DNA of 64,000 nucleotides from an uncultured Chthonomonadaceae bacterium (GCA_963835065.1 CAWIEK010000065.1:29898-93897); one strand, 5' to 3'; positions 51,248-61,297 are shown, counted from the stretch's first letter. The notes: a model not told the origin generated them from the letters alone. A program made the numbers and translations.

Positions 51248-52033
51248 ATGCCCAACTCTACAACACAGCAAGCCGCTGCCGAACTCGGCCCCTGGTTCCA
51301 TAACATTATTTTGCCGGATGGAACGCAGACCGCGCCCGACCATTTTTTGGGCGCGGACTTTCCCGGCAGAAAATGGCGCAAAATCGCCGCCCATTTACCC
51401 GCAGATTTGAGCGGGTGGACAGCGCTGGATATTGGCTGCAACGCGGGATTTTACGCTTTGGAACTGGCGAAGCGGGGCGCGCAGGTGACGGCCATTGACG
51501 TGAACCCGTTTTATCTAAAGCAGGCGCAATGGGCGTGTGAACAGTTCGGCTTGAGTGAGCGCGTGACATTTCAGCAAACCGGTGTGTACGAATTGGCGCA
51601 GTCGGCGCAAACCTACGATTTGATCCTGTTCCTGGGCGTGTTCTACCATTTGCGCTACCCGACGCTTGCCTTAGACATTGTGGCGGAAAAGACAAAACGC
51701 CTGCTCGTCTTTCAAACCCTGACCATGCCCGGCATGGAAATTTATCCCGCCGAAGAAGACATGCACATTGACCACCGCGAAGCCATGCAGGAACCCGGCT
51801 GGCCTAAAATGGCGTTCATCGAGCATCGCTTGTGCGGCGACCCGACCAACTGGTGGGCGCTCAACCATGCGGGCGTTCTGGCCCTGCTGCGCTCGTGCGG
51901 CCTGCGCCCCCTCGCCACTCCCGGCCATGAACTTTACCTTGCCGAACCCGATCCCGAACATCCGTCGTGCATGACTACCTGGAACCGCTGGGAGTATGAG
52001 GCGGTGACGGGGAGAAAGGAAGTTGATAGTTGA
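51248..52033 (+). CDS. SAM-dependent methyltransferase (TIGR04290/DUF1698-like)
   Basis: LGPWFHN..LPDG.QTAP.H.LG.DFP..KW, LDIGCNAGFY, GVFYHLRYP, DPTNWW. Confidence 0.85.
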   Translation: MPNSTTQQAAAELGPWFHNIILPDGTQTAPDHFLGADFPGRKWRKIAAHLPADLSGWTALDIGCNAGFYALELAKRGAQVTAIDVNPFYLKQAQWACEQFGLSERVTFQQTGVYELAQSAQTYDLILFLGVFYHLRYPTLALDIVAEKTKRLLVFQTLTMPGMEIYPAEEDMHIDHREAMQEPGWPKMAFIEHRLCGDPTNWWALNHAGVLALLRSCGLRPLATPGHELYLAEPDPEHPSCMTTWNRWEYEAVTGRKEVDS

Positions 52034-52134
52034 TAGTTGATAGTTCAATACATGCTTGCCTGAGAAGTCTTTAGTACACGAACTCCGGCTTTGGCTCAGG
52101 CTACTATCAACTATCAACTATCAACTATCAACTA
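52021..52134. repeat. Inverted pair of (AGTTGAT)n / (ACTATCA)n arrays inside an operon
   Basis: The left arm overlaps the MTase stop; the right arm runs into the next ATG. Confidence 0.9.
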
Positions 52135-53057
52135 TGATCGAAGCTATCAAACTCTGGAACGAGCCGAACAATATGTCGCACTGGGATTTCCATTTGGACC
52201 CCGGCTGGACGGAGTTCGCGCAAATGCTGCGGCTGTGTTCGCAGGCGATACGCGCCGTGAAGCCGGACTTGCCGATTGTCTTAGGCGGTATGTCGCCGAT
52301 TGACCCGGAATTCCTGATTCTGCTGCAAAAGCAGGGCGCATTGGAAAACATGGACGTGGTTGCCGTGCATGGCTTTCCGCTCGATTGGAACCACTGGCAG
52401 ATCAACGACTGGCCGCAAAAGATTGCAGAGATTCAGCGCGTGACCAATCTGCCTGTGTGGGTGACGGAAGTGGGCGCGTCCACGTTTGGAGCGGACGAGG
52501 TGCAGGTATTCGGCTTGCGGCGCACGGCGGAGCTGCTGTTGGGGCGCGTGGAGCGGGTATTCTGGTACAGCCTGCTGGACCTGCCGCCGACGTGGGAAGC
52601 GACGACGCGGCACAAAGAATCGGAAGGCAGCTCGTACTATCGCCACTTTTATCTCGGCCTGATACGCGCGGACGGGACGCCCAAACCTTCCGCAGAGCAT
52701 TTCAACCCGGAAATGGGCATTTGCCAGTGGTTTCACTTTGAGGATCACCGGCTGGAATTGGCGGTGGAGTGGCTGAAGCGGCTGGGCGTGAAGCGGCTGC
52801 GCACGGGCATCAGTTGGGCGGACTGGCATCGTCCCAACGCGGTGGCGTGGTTTGACCGGCAAATGGACGCGCTGCAGGATTTTGACGTGACCATAACCTT
52901 GTGCTTCACGCCGCCCTCGCGGGGCCGGGAACCGCACCATACCAGTCCGCCGCTCGTGCCGGAAGAATTCGGCTGGTTCGCCGCCGATGTTGTCCGTCGG
53001 TACGCGCTGCACGAGGACTGGCAGCCGTCTAAGAAGTTGATAGTTGATAGTTTGTAG
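52134..53057 (+). CDS. Clan GH-A glycoside hydrolase (GH39/beta-xylosidase-like), circularly permuted
   Basis: LWNEPNN at residues 7-13, VWVTEVG mid-protein, LGVKRLRTGISW...FTPP...PP...VVRRY at the C-terminus. Confidence 0.8.
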   Translation: MIEAIKLWNEPNNMSHWDFHLDPGWTEFAQMLRLCSQAIRAVKPDLPIVLGGMSPIDPEFLILLQKQGALENMDVVAVHGFPLDWNHWQINDWPQKIAEIQRVTNLPVWVTEVGASTFGADEVQVFGLRRTAELLLGRVERVFWYSLLDLPPTWEATTRHKESEGSSYYRHFYLGLIRADGTPKPSAEHFNPEMGICQWFHFEDHRLELAVEWLKRLGVKRLRTGISWADWHRPNAVAWFDRQMDALQDFDVTITLCFTPPSRGREPHHTSPPLVPEEFGWFAADVVRRYALHEDWQPSKKLIVDSL

Positions 53058-53084
53058 TTGATAGAAGGGTCGGGGAATAGATTC

Positions 53085-53693
53085 TTGACTACAACTTTTC
53101 TGTTGATACGCCATGCCGCGCATGGACTGCTCGGCCACAAAATGGCAGGCTGTATGCCCGGCGTTCATCTCAATGAAGCGGGACAGGCGCAGGCGCTCCA
53201 ACTGGCGGAACGGCTGGCGCAGGTTCCGCTTGCCGCCATTTACAGCAGCCCCCTGGAACGGGCGCAGGAAACCGCCGCGCCGATAGCCGCGCGTTTGAAC
53301 CTGCCGATCCAAATCTGCCCCGCCATCATGGAAATCAATTATGGCGACTGGACGGGCCTGACGTTTGAGGAATTGCAAGCCCGCCCCGAATGGCAGTCGT
53401 ACAACCTGTTTCGCAGCGGCGCGCGTATTCCCGGCGGCGAAATGATGCTGGAAGCGCAGGCGCGGGTCGTCACGGAAATGCAAAGGCTGTGCCTACAGCA
53501 CCCCGAACAGCGCATTGCCCTTGTCAGCCACGCCGACGCGATCAAGGGCGCGCTCGCCTACTATCTCGGAATGCCGCTCGACCTGTTTTTACGTCTCGAA
53601 ATCAGCCCCGCGTCCGTCAGCATCCTCACCTTAAATGAGTTCGGCCCTCAAGTGTTGTGCGTCAATGATACCGGCAGTTTGTTTACGGAGTAG
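53085..53693 (+). CDS. Histidine phosphatase (phosphoglycerate mutase family)
   Basis: LIRHA, YSSPLERAQETA, E..YGDWTG, PGGE, VSHAD.I. Confidence 0.9.
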   Translation: MTTTFLLIRHAAHGLLGHKMAGCMPGVHLNEAGQAQALQLAERLAQVPLAAIYSSPLERAQETAAPIAARLNLPIQICPAIMEINYGDWTGLTFEELQARPEWQSYNLFRSGARIPGGEMMLEAQARVVTEMQRLCLQHPEQRIALVSHADAIKGALAYYLGMPLDLFLRLEISPASVSILTLNEFGPQVLCVNDTGSLFTE

Positions 53694-53731
53694 GCCGCGC
53701 AACAGGTATAATGAAAGAAAGGAGGCAGATT

Positions 53732-54007
53732 ATGCTTACAAGCTGTTGAAGGAGTTTATCGTAACGGGCGCGTAGAGCTTTCGGAAGTGCCGGAGAATGT
53801 CACCGAGGAAGCGCAGGTGATTGTCACCTTTGTATCTGCCAGCAATACTCCAAAGGGGCACGTCTACTGGCAGATCACGGCATTAGCAAAGAACAGGCCG
53901 CAGAACTGCGCGCCCGCCTGTTAATCTTTGAGGAAGACTGGAACGCGCCGGGAATGGATATTTACGACGACTATGAGGCTATCCTTGCAAAGCGTTCAGC
54001 GCGGTAA
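53732..54007 (+). pseudogene. Antitoxin-like gene with two frameshifts
   Basis: GGAGG RBS; pieces QAVEGVYRNGRVEL...VIVTF and GIS.EQAAELRARL..FEEDWNAPGMDIYDDY. Confidence 0.7.
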
Positions 54008-54067
54008 TGTGGTTCCTTGCCGATGCAGGATATTGACGCGGCGCTGCGGCACACATTAAACCTGTAG
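53973..54067 (+). pseudogene. PemK/MazF toxin with nearly all of its middle deleted
   Basis: N-terminal VQRGNVV joined directly to C-terminal MQDIDAALRHTLNL-stop. Confidence 0.6.
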
Positions 54068-56160
54068 CAAACGCGCCAGAATTTCCTTATAAACATTGTA
54101 CGCGCTCCATAAGCGGGCTTGTTCGTTGGGGTCGTGGCTGCTCATGTTGGCGCACAGGTGCGTTTGACCGACGCGAAACGCGGCATACGCCATTTGATAG
54201 GCCGTCAGCACGTCGCGCGGAATCGCAGCGTCGCAATGGCGCGCTTTTGGGCATCAATCTCTGTATTATGGTTTGCGCGGCTTCCAGCAGGGGCGCAGAA
54301 GTCGTTTCCTCTAATCGCCACTCCACTAATGCGCCCGCTATATCCCATGCAATCGACTGTCGCCCGATGATGGTATGATCCGGTTCGTAGCCGATGCAGT
54401 CGGTTTTGTGCCGTTGGCCTTCGGGCATTCGCAGCCATTCATGCGGAGCCAAATGCCCGTCACCGAAAGTACGCGATTGCCGCGCCCATGCGGACTGCTC
54501 CAGAACCGCGCTCCACTGCCGGGTTTGTTCCGCCGCTTCTTCCCCCAATGCTTCCCATGTGTTCCAGTACAGCAGGGAGGTCAGGCGGGCGATAGAAGTT
54601 TCGGCTTCTTCCGGCGATAGCGGGGGAGCGGAACACGCGCCGATGTAACTGCCAAGTTCGCTCAGGAAGGCTGGAGTCGCGTCGGCAAGGGTCAGGGGCG
54701 TTCCTGTAATCCACAGCATTGCGACGAAGCCCATCGCCGTACCCAAAGGCGCGGGCGGCAAGGGCGACATAATAATTCCGCGCATTGCAAGCCACAGTTC
54801 CATTACCTGTGATTGGTCGAGCCAGCCTTCCCGCCGTGCCACTGGCGCAATGAAATGGCCGGGCATCGGACTGGACGCCAGCCCCGCGAACTTCCACAAC
54901 ACCTGCGTTCCATTGGAAAGCGTGAGGCGGTACTTGGGCCGCTCAAAAGCCGCGCAGACAGCAGGCCAGTGGGCTTCCTCCGCGTAAACCATCCTGCGCC
55001 ACAAGCCGCCGCCGAAATCCTCCACTGACAGAACGCTTAAATCTGCGTCCACTTCTATGTCACACGCTTTGTTTTCATACTGCCTGTACTCAACATAATC
55101 GCGGATAAGTTGGGGCGTTCGGGCGGCGAGAACATCGGGAAGCGCAAGGCCATTCCAGCGCATTTGATCGGTTGGCGTAACGATGCGGGGCGCGTTTGCC
55201 CACCATTGCCGCGTGGTTTCACTCCCACTGCCGCCCGGTTCGCCGCCATGTCCGGGCAAAAACGCGATGCGGTCCCGCGCCATGCCCGCCTCGACAAGCG
55301 CCTGCGCGACGGAAGCCATCGAAGAGCCGGACTGCCCCGGCCCTTCGTCCACAATCAGCGCCCATTCATCCGGCTGAATATCCGAAATGTCTAATTTGGC
55401 CTGTCGCTCGTAAGGATGCCCGGTGGGGCGAACCGTTTGCCACGTCGCGTTCCATCCGGCCAGATGCAGCGCGGCGCGAACAACCGCCGCCAAACTTGTG
55501 CCGATGCTCCGTATGCCAATGACGCGCACTTTTGAGATTGTTTCCCCGGCATGTTCCGCCGCCCACCGCAAAGCCGACGCGCCGTACTGCTCTGGGTAGA
55601 GCGCGTAAAAAGCGTAGCCTTCCGGCGTTTTGAGCGTCAGGCGTATTTGTGGCGCCGTTTCCCAATTCGGAACTACCTCCGCCAGCAAACCCAACGTTGC
55701 GCTGACATTTACCTTGCCATTCCCTGCGCGGACAAGGCCGTCAGGCGTCCAATTTGCCGAATAGAATGTGGGTTGAGGGTTGTGTCCTTCCCTGCAGGTG
55801 GACGCCCGGGTTAAGGGTTGAGGGGGAATAACGCTGTCAGGTAGCCAATCTGCCGCAGGCTGATGATAGCAAATATCCGCCGCTATTGCGACAAAAGCGT
55901 TGGCAAGGCGTTCTGTCACCGCCTGCATTGCGTTCCGATAGAAAGAACTCTCCGCGTCTCCTGCTTCTTGACTCGCGGTTGCCGCTGCGTCTTCCACTCC
56001 CTGCTGTATCTGCCCCGCGAAAATCGAGCAGCCAGCGCAGGCGTCCCATCCCTTCCGCCTGACTCAACTGTAAGCCACCCGCCAGCTTCAGCAAGCCCTG
56101 CAGGTAACGCAGCAGTGTCGCAAAATCTTCGTCGTAACTTGGATCGCCGTATACGAGCAT
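54056..56160 (-). CDS. Conserved hypothetical protein with PRTase-like and kinase-like segments; apparent frameshifts ~56030 and ~54200
   Basis: MLVYGD start; PEGYAFYALYPE, IGIRSIGTSL, VRPTGHP, IVDEGPG.SGSS, DGHLAPHEW...KTD, WDIAG. Confidence 0.7.
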
Positions 56161-56275
56161 AGAAATTCGGGTGTTGGGTATTGGGTGTTAGGTATTCGGG
56201 TATTCGGGTGTTCGGGTGTTCGGGTATTCAGGTGTTGTGCTTCTGTCTTTTTTCTTCTTTTCTTCTCTTCTTCCC

Positions 56276-57174
56276 CTATTCCTCGCTTGCCAGCAGCGTG
56301 GCAACCAGCGTCACGTCTATTTGTAGGTCGTAGCGGAACTTTTGCAACAGGAATTTGTCGCCGACTTCCACTTTCTGAACCCGCAGCCGGCCATTGCGGG
56401 AAAGGACAACGGCTTGCTGCGAGTCCCACGCTTCCGTCACCACTTTCAGGACCACATAAAACGCAGGCGGCAGTTCCGAGAGGGGCAGGCCCTCCGTTTG
56501 CAAGGCTTGCTGCTGCGCAGGCGACAATTTCTTAAATTCGGTGTTGAACAGCATTTCCGCCGCGAAGGTTGTGGATTGCGCGGCGGTTGTCAGACCGCTA
56601 CGGTAAAGCGCGGCAACATCCGGCGGTGACAGGCGCGACAGGGGGAGAGGTGGGCGAAGTGGAAGCAGGCGGGGTCACGCCGGAATCGTTGTCTTGCAGC
56701 GCCATCACTTCGCGCCGCGTCCGGTCCAATTCCACGCCGAACTGTTGCCAGAACGCGCCCCGCTAAACCTTCCCCTTCCCGTATTAAGCCAAGCAGCAGA
56801 TGCTCCGAGCCGATGTAGTTGTTGCTCAACTGCCGCGCTTCGTCGTAGGACAGATCAATGATGCGCTTGGCGCGGGGCGTCAACTGCATGTTTGCTTTCG
56901 CGTCGGGTGGGGTTGCCTTGTCCATACTTGTCTGCTTCTCGACAGCCTCACGAATAGTTTTCGGCGCTTCGCTTACCTGCTTCTCAACCGCCACTCGAAG
57001 CGTTTCCAGCGAAATGTTCATGCGCTGTAAAATACGGCAGGCGACATTCCCTTCATTCGCCAGCAACCCAAGCAGCAAATGCTCCGAATTGACGTAGCTC
57101 GTATTCCGCTTTTGCGCTTCCCTTTGCGCTGCAAATACCACTTCTCTCGATTTGTCTGTAAATCTTTGCCACAT
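56276..57174 (-). CDS. ClpC-type N-terminal domain protein without AAA+ module (copy 2); apparent frameshift ~56740
   Basis: MWQRFT...SEHLLLGL...LTPRAKR...GSEHLLLGLIREGEG; C-terminal domain in ORF 56276..56554. Confidence 0.8.
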
Positions 57175-57186
57175 AGAGTTACCTCC

Positions 57187-57322
57187 GGTGTTCAGGTATT
57201 CGGGTGTTCAGGTGTTCGGGTGTTAGGGGATGATTGGCTGATAGTCTTGCCGCAGTAGAAGAAACTTCTTAACTGTTGCATCTCCTGAACACCCGAATAC
57301 CCGAATACCCGAATACCTGAAC
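57187..57322. repeat. Inverted pair of octamer arrays (GGTRTTCR)n
   Basis: ggtgttcaggtattcgggtgttcagg ... cctgaacacccgaatacccgaatacccgaatacctgaaca. Confidence 0.85.
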
Positions 57323-57324
57323 AT

Positions 57325-58248
57325 CTACTCCGTCGCCTCATCTTCCGGGGTGTCGTTGGCGTCAGGAGACGGCGACGGGGAAGAGGGTTCTGAAAGCGTT
57401 TCTTCCGGCGTGGTAGATGCGGACGCTGTGTTTTCCGAGGCAGGAGGTTCCGGCGGCTCAGGAGACGGGGGAGCGGTGGGCGGCGGAGTGGGTGCGGCGG
57501 GTACATCGCGTATCAGGAAGGTGGTGAAGAAGGAGGCGCGGGCGGCAACCGTGTAATGCGTCGCGCCGTCTACGCGCATCACGCCGACCTGCACAACGGA
57601 ATAAGGCGCAAGGACATAATTGCCCTGCTGCATCGTCACTTGAAACGATTGTTTTACCTGCTCTTGAAAAGCCTCCGGTAGTTGATTGAGGAGAACGCCT
57701 TCCCCCTGCAATTGCGCCTGCTGTGCGGCGGGCAGGGCGGCAAAGGCGCTGTGAAATTCCTGTTTCGGCCTTGCGTCGGGTGGAGTGGGCGCGGCGTTGG
57801 CAGCCCCGCCGCCTTCTTTGTCCTGAACGATTTTCACTTCCCGCCGCGTCCGCTCCAACTGAACGCCTAACTTTGTCAACACGCGCCCTGCCAATCCCTC
57901 GCCCTCGCGAATGAGTCCAAGCAGCAGATGCTCCGTGCCTATGTAGTTATTCGTCAACTGCCGCGCTTCATCATACGCAAGATCAATCACGCGCTTGGCG
58001 CGGGGCGTCAACTGCATATCCTGCCCCAAACGCCCGTCGCCCCGCGTCACCTGCCGCTCGATTTCGCTGCGGATGCGACTTAGCGACACGCCCATACGAT
58101 CCAAAATACGCGCCGCCACGCTGTCATTTTCACGCACCAAGCCGAGCAGCAAATGCTCGGTGGAAACGTAATTCTCGCCCAACCGTCCCGCTTCTTCCTG
58201 CGCAAAAAACACGACCCGCCGCGCCCGCTCCGTAAATCTTTGCCACAT
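57325..58248 (-). CDS. ClpC-type N-terminal domain protein without AAA+ module (copy 1)
   Basis: FTERARRV..AQEEA, STEHLLLGL, LTPRAKRV, GTEHLLLGLIREGEG; unknown C-terminal domain and Pro/acidic tail; no Walker motifs. Confidence 0.88.
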   Translation of the reverse strand: MWQRFTERARRVVFFAQEEAGRLGENYVSTEHLLLGLVRENDSVAARILDRMGVSLSRIRSEIERQVTRGDGRLGQDMQLTPRAKRVIDLAYDEARQLTNNYIGTEHLLLGLIREGEGLAGRVLTKLGVQLERTRREVKIVQDKEGGGAANAAPTPPDARPKQEFHSAFAALPAAQQAQLQGEGVLLNQLPEAFQEQVKQSFQVTMQQGNYVLAPYSVVQVGVMRVDGATHYTVAARASFFTTFLIRDVPAAPTPPPTAPPSPEPPEPPASENTASASTTPEETLSEPSSPSPSPDANDTPEDEATE

Positions 58249-58261
58249 AAGTCACCTCCGG

Positions 58262-58376
58262 TGTAGGGAGTAGGAAGTAGGGTGTCGGGAGTAGGAACAT
58301 GCTTTTTCTTGTTCTGAAGCGACAAGCAAATAGTAAGAGGCTTGCCTACTCCCCATTCCCTACTCCCTACTCCCTA
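58262..58376. repeat. Inverted pair of (GGGAGTA)n / (TACTCCC)n arrays
   Basis: gtagggagtaggaagtagg ... cctactccccattccctactccctactcccta; the right arm overlaps the stop of the 976-aa gene. Confidence 0.85.
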
Positions 58377-61290
58377 TTTCAATTTGCGCCGTTCCCCGCG
58401 CCTGCAAAATCAATCTGCCGGTCTGCATGGAGAACTGATTCGGGGCGGACAGGGCAACTTCCTGCCGGTTGACGCGCACAGTGGGCATTGTTTTCAGGCC
58501 GCTTATCAGGATGTAGTACGGTTCGGTTGTCCAGCCATGTACGATGAAGGAAATTTTGGGCTTGGACGCGCTTGCAGGCGTATGGAAACTGACGTTGCGG
58601 GGCGCGGCGGGTTTCAAACTGTTGGGGGCGGGAACGTCTTTGAGGGGCTGGCCGTTTTCTAAGACGTTAGAGATTTCGCCGGGCGCGTGGACATACACGC
58701 CCAGATCGTGAAACGCCTGAAAGTCGTACAGCGCGGGGCGGTCATAGTAGCGCAGGGCTTCCGTGAGCAGGGTTCCGGGATTGATGGCCGGGTCGTTGCG
58801 CAGTTGCGGGCGTAGGGCAAAACTGTCGGGAAGCAAGCCCTGCCGGGTCGGGTCGGGAGTGCGCGGAAAGGTCTGCTGTATGCCGGACACGGTGATGCCA
58901 TCCGCCAACTGCTTCCACGGGCCTGTCGGGTCGTACTTGGCAAAGCGGTACAGGGCGTCGGCGTAGACCAGTCCACACCACTGCACGGGCAGGCCCATCC
59001 AGTTGGGCGCAACCCATTGCGTGGCTCCGTACACGGCGATTGTCGCATAGGGGCCAATCGGCTGTGAGGTCGGGTTCCACAGGTACACGAATGGTACGCC
59101 TGTCCATGCCCAATACTTTGCCTGCGCCAGCAGATGTGGGTCGCCCGTGATTTCATAGCCGAGCGTGTATGCGCGTACCAGATGGGCGGAGGCGAGAATA
59201 TCGGGCGTATGCAGGGGCACTTCCCACGTTTGCGCCCCGCGTGGAGCCGTGCCCGCAAACTTATCCAAGCCGTGTAGCTTTTCCAGTCCCGAAGCAAGCA
59301 ATTTGCTGTCGCCGGATACCACGCCCGCCTGCAGGATTTCTACAACAACTTGCGCGGTCAGGCCGTTGGCGTCCGGCGCGAAGTGCGTGGAGCCTAAATT
59401 GGAGCCGTTCGCGGGCGGCTGATACTTGACGATGTTATCCGCGTCGAAGCGTCCAAGCAGGTCGTTGCCGTACTGCTGCATCCGGGCGGCGTTGGCTTCC
59501 ACATTGCCGTATATCAATGCGCCAACGGGATAGCGAACATGCCCTACGCCGGAAAACATCAGTTCATTGTCGGCAACCTGCGCGCGGGAAGTGCGGGCGT
59601 GTTCCCGCCATTGAGTCTGCTGCGCCCCCTCCTTCGTTTGCGCTGCGAGATAATCCAGCAGCAGGGCGACATCCCCGGCGGGCTGGCTGCCGAAGCCGGG
59701 AAACGCATGGCGGTAACGCCCCCCGTCCGCAATCCCCGACGCCAGATAGCCGGACGCGGCAAGGCCGGCATATTCGCCCCACTTGTAACCGGGCTTGGGC
59801 AGGGGCGGCAGACCGCGCAACTCCACATACTGCTGAACCGCAGGGGTTACATCGCGTCCATGCCCGCCCAAAATCGTCGCGTTCAGCACGAGGGGCTTGT
59901 TGGCCTTTAGTTTCTGGCTGCGGTACGGCAAAATGTTGCCTTCTTCGCGGTTCGCGCCATCCGAACCGGGCCACAGCAAGCCCATCACGTTCCCGCCACT
60001 GCCGAAAATCCGATCCGGCGAGTCGAACAGGGCGGCGTACTCTTCGGGCTTTTCCCACATCAGGCCGATGTAATCCGCGCCGTTCGTCAGCGCCATCAGG
60101 GGAAACGTGAGTTTCGCGCTGTCGGGCGTTTGCCGCCTCGCGCCCGGCCCCCGTATGTCCGCTTCGCTGCTGCTCGGCTCATTTCCATCCAGATATTCCA
60201 GCCCGGCGAACAAAGCCTGATGCTTGGAAAAGGATGAAGGATGAAGGATGAAGGATGAATCAGTTCCCGGTTGACGATTTTCGATTGACGATTGAATTTC
60301 TTCTGTTCCCTGTTTCCTGTTCCCTGTTCCCTGTTCTTCCTGAGTGCCTGCAAGCAGTACGAACATTGGCAAGAAGACAACATCGCGGTCTTTGTCAACC
60401 TGAATGGTGGTCAGGACGCGGATGGCTCCGGCAGGAAGGGCATGGAAGGAGCGGTGCAGGGACCAGACAGCGCCGTCCGGGTCGCGCACGGTGGAGCGGA
60501 CGACGATCTCTTCGCCGTCTTTAGTCGCCATCGAAGCCGCCATCGGAGCCACGTCCAGCCAACGCACATCGCTTGTGGAACCGGGCGCAAGGTAGCCGAG
60601 ATAGGGGCGCGTGTAGCCGGTCGCCAGAACTTGTTCGCCCACTTTCACCACAAACCCGCCCGTCTCGTGATGCGCCTGTGTCAGACTCAAAACGCCGGAT
60701 TGGATGGTAACGACATCTTTATCAAGAACGGGAGGCAGGGCGCGGGGCCAAACGGGAGGCTTGAGCAGAACGCGGGGCGTGAACGCAAACGAGGCCAGCA
60801 GGCACGTTCCCCCCGAACCCGGCGGATCGAAGCGCAGGCGATAACCCGCTCCGAGCGCGGGCATGGGAACGTCGAGTTCTTCCCAACGCCCGCCACGAAC
60901 GGGAAAGCGTACCGAATTGGCTTCCGTCGGGCCGCTGTTAGCAGGAAAATAAAACACCTGCCCGTTGCCCGACTGCTGCGATTTCAAGCGGACATGCAGC
61001 CACAACAGCGTCTCGGCAGGGTAATCGCGGGCAGGGCCGACAAGGTAGGGGTCAGCGCCGTTGATAGCGATTTGCAGCCCTTCCCCGCTTGGCGTCAGGC
61101 GTTCCACATCGTGCAGCGCCTTCCATTCCGACGCCACCGCCGCCTGCGCAAAATCGAACCGGGGCATTGTTTGCGCGTTCGCAACATGTATACTCATCAG
61201 AACCAGCAGAACAAGCAATACGCCGATGGTAATTTCTGCTTTTCGCACCAAAACCCTCCTGAGTATTCCCTCACTTAAAACGTAACACAC
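58360..61290 (-). CDS. Large secreted hypothetical protein, probably carbohydrate-active (C-terminal alpha/alpha-barrel-like region)
   Basis: 976-aa ORF with signal peptide, PRGAQTWEVPLHTPDILASA, A.YWA.TG.PF, PVQWCG; carries a repeat-derived insert. Start uncertain. Confidence 0.75.
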   Translation of the reverse strand: MCYVLSEGILRRVLVRKAEITIGVLLVLLVLMSIHVANAQTMPRFDFAQAAVASEWKALHDVERLTPSGEGLQIAINGADPYLVGPARDYPAETLLWLHVRLKSQQSGNGQVFYFPANSGPTEANSVRFPVRGGRWEELDVPMPALGAGYRLRFDPPGSGGTCLLASFAFTPRVLLKPPVWPRALPPVLDKDVVTIQSGVLSLTQAHHETGGFVVKVGEQVLATGYTRPYLGYLAPGSTSDVRWLDVAPMAASMATKDGEEIVVRSTVRDPDGAVWSLHRSFHALPAGAIRVLTTIQVDKDRDVVFLPMFVLLAGTQEEQGTGNRKQGTEEIQSSIENRQPGTDSSFILHPSSFSKHQALFAGLEYLDGNEPSSSEADIRGPGARRQTPDSAKLTFPLMALTNGADYIGLMWEKPEEYAALFDSPDRIFGSGGNVMGLLWPGSDGANREEGNILPYRSQKLKANKPLVLNATILGGHGRDVTPAVQQYVELRGLPPLPKPGYKWGEYAGLAASGYLASGIADGGRYRHAFPGFGSQPAGDVALLLDYLAAQTKEGAQQTQWREHARTSRAQVADNELMFSGVGHVRYPVGALIYGNVEANAARMQQYGNDLLGRFDADNIVKYQPPANGSNLGSTHFAPDANGLTAQVVVEILQAGVVSGDSKLLASGLEKLHGLDKFAGTAPRGAQTWEVPLHTPDILASAHLVRAYTLGYEITGDPHLLAQAKYWAWTGVPFVYLWNPTSQPIGPYATIAVYGATQWVAPNWMGLPVQWCGLVYADALYRFAKYDPTGPWKQLADGITVSGIQQTFPRTPDPTRQGLLPDSFALRPQLRNDPAINPGTLLTEALRYYDRPALYDFQAFHDLGVYVHAPGEISNVLENGQPLKDVPAPNSLKPAAPRNVSFHTPASASKPKISFIVHGWTTEPYYILISGLKTMPTVRVNRQEVALSAPNQFSMQTGRLILQARGTAQIEIGSRE

Positions 61291-61297
61291 GTATCAA

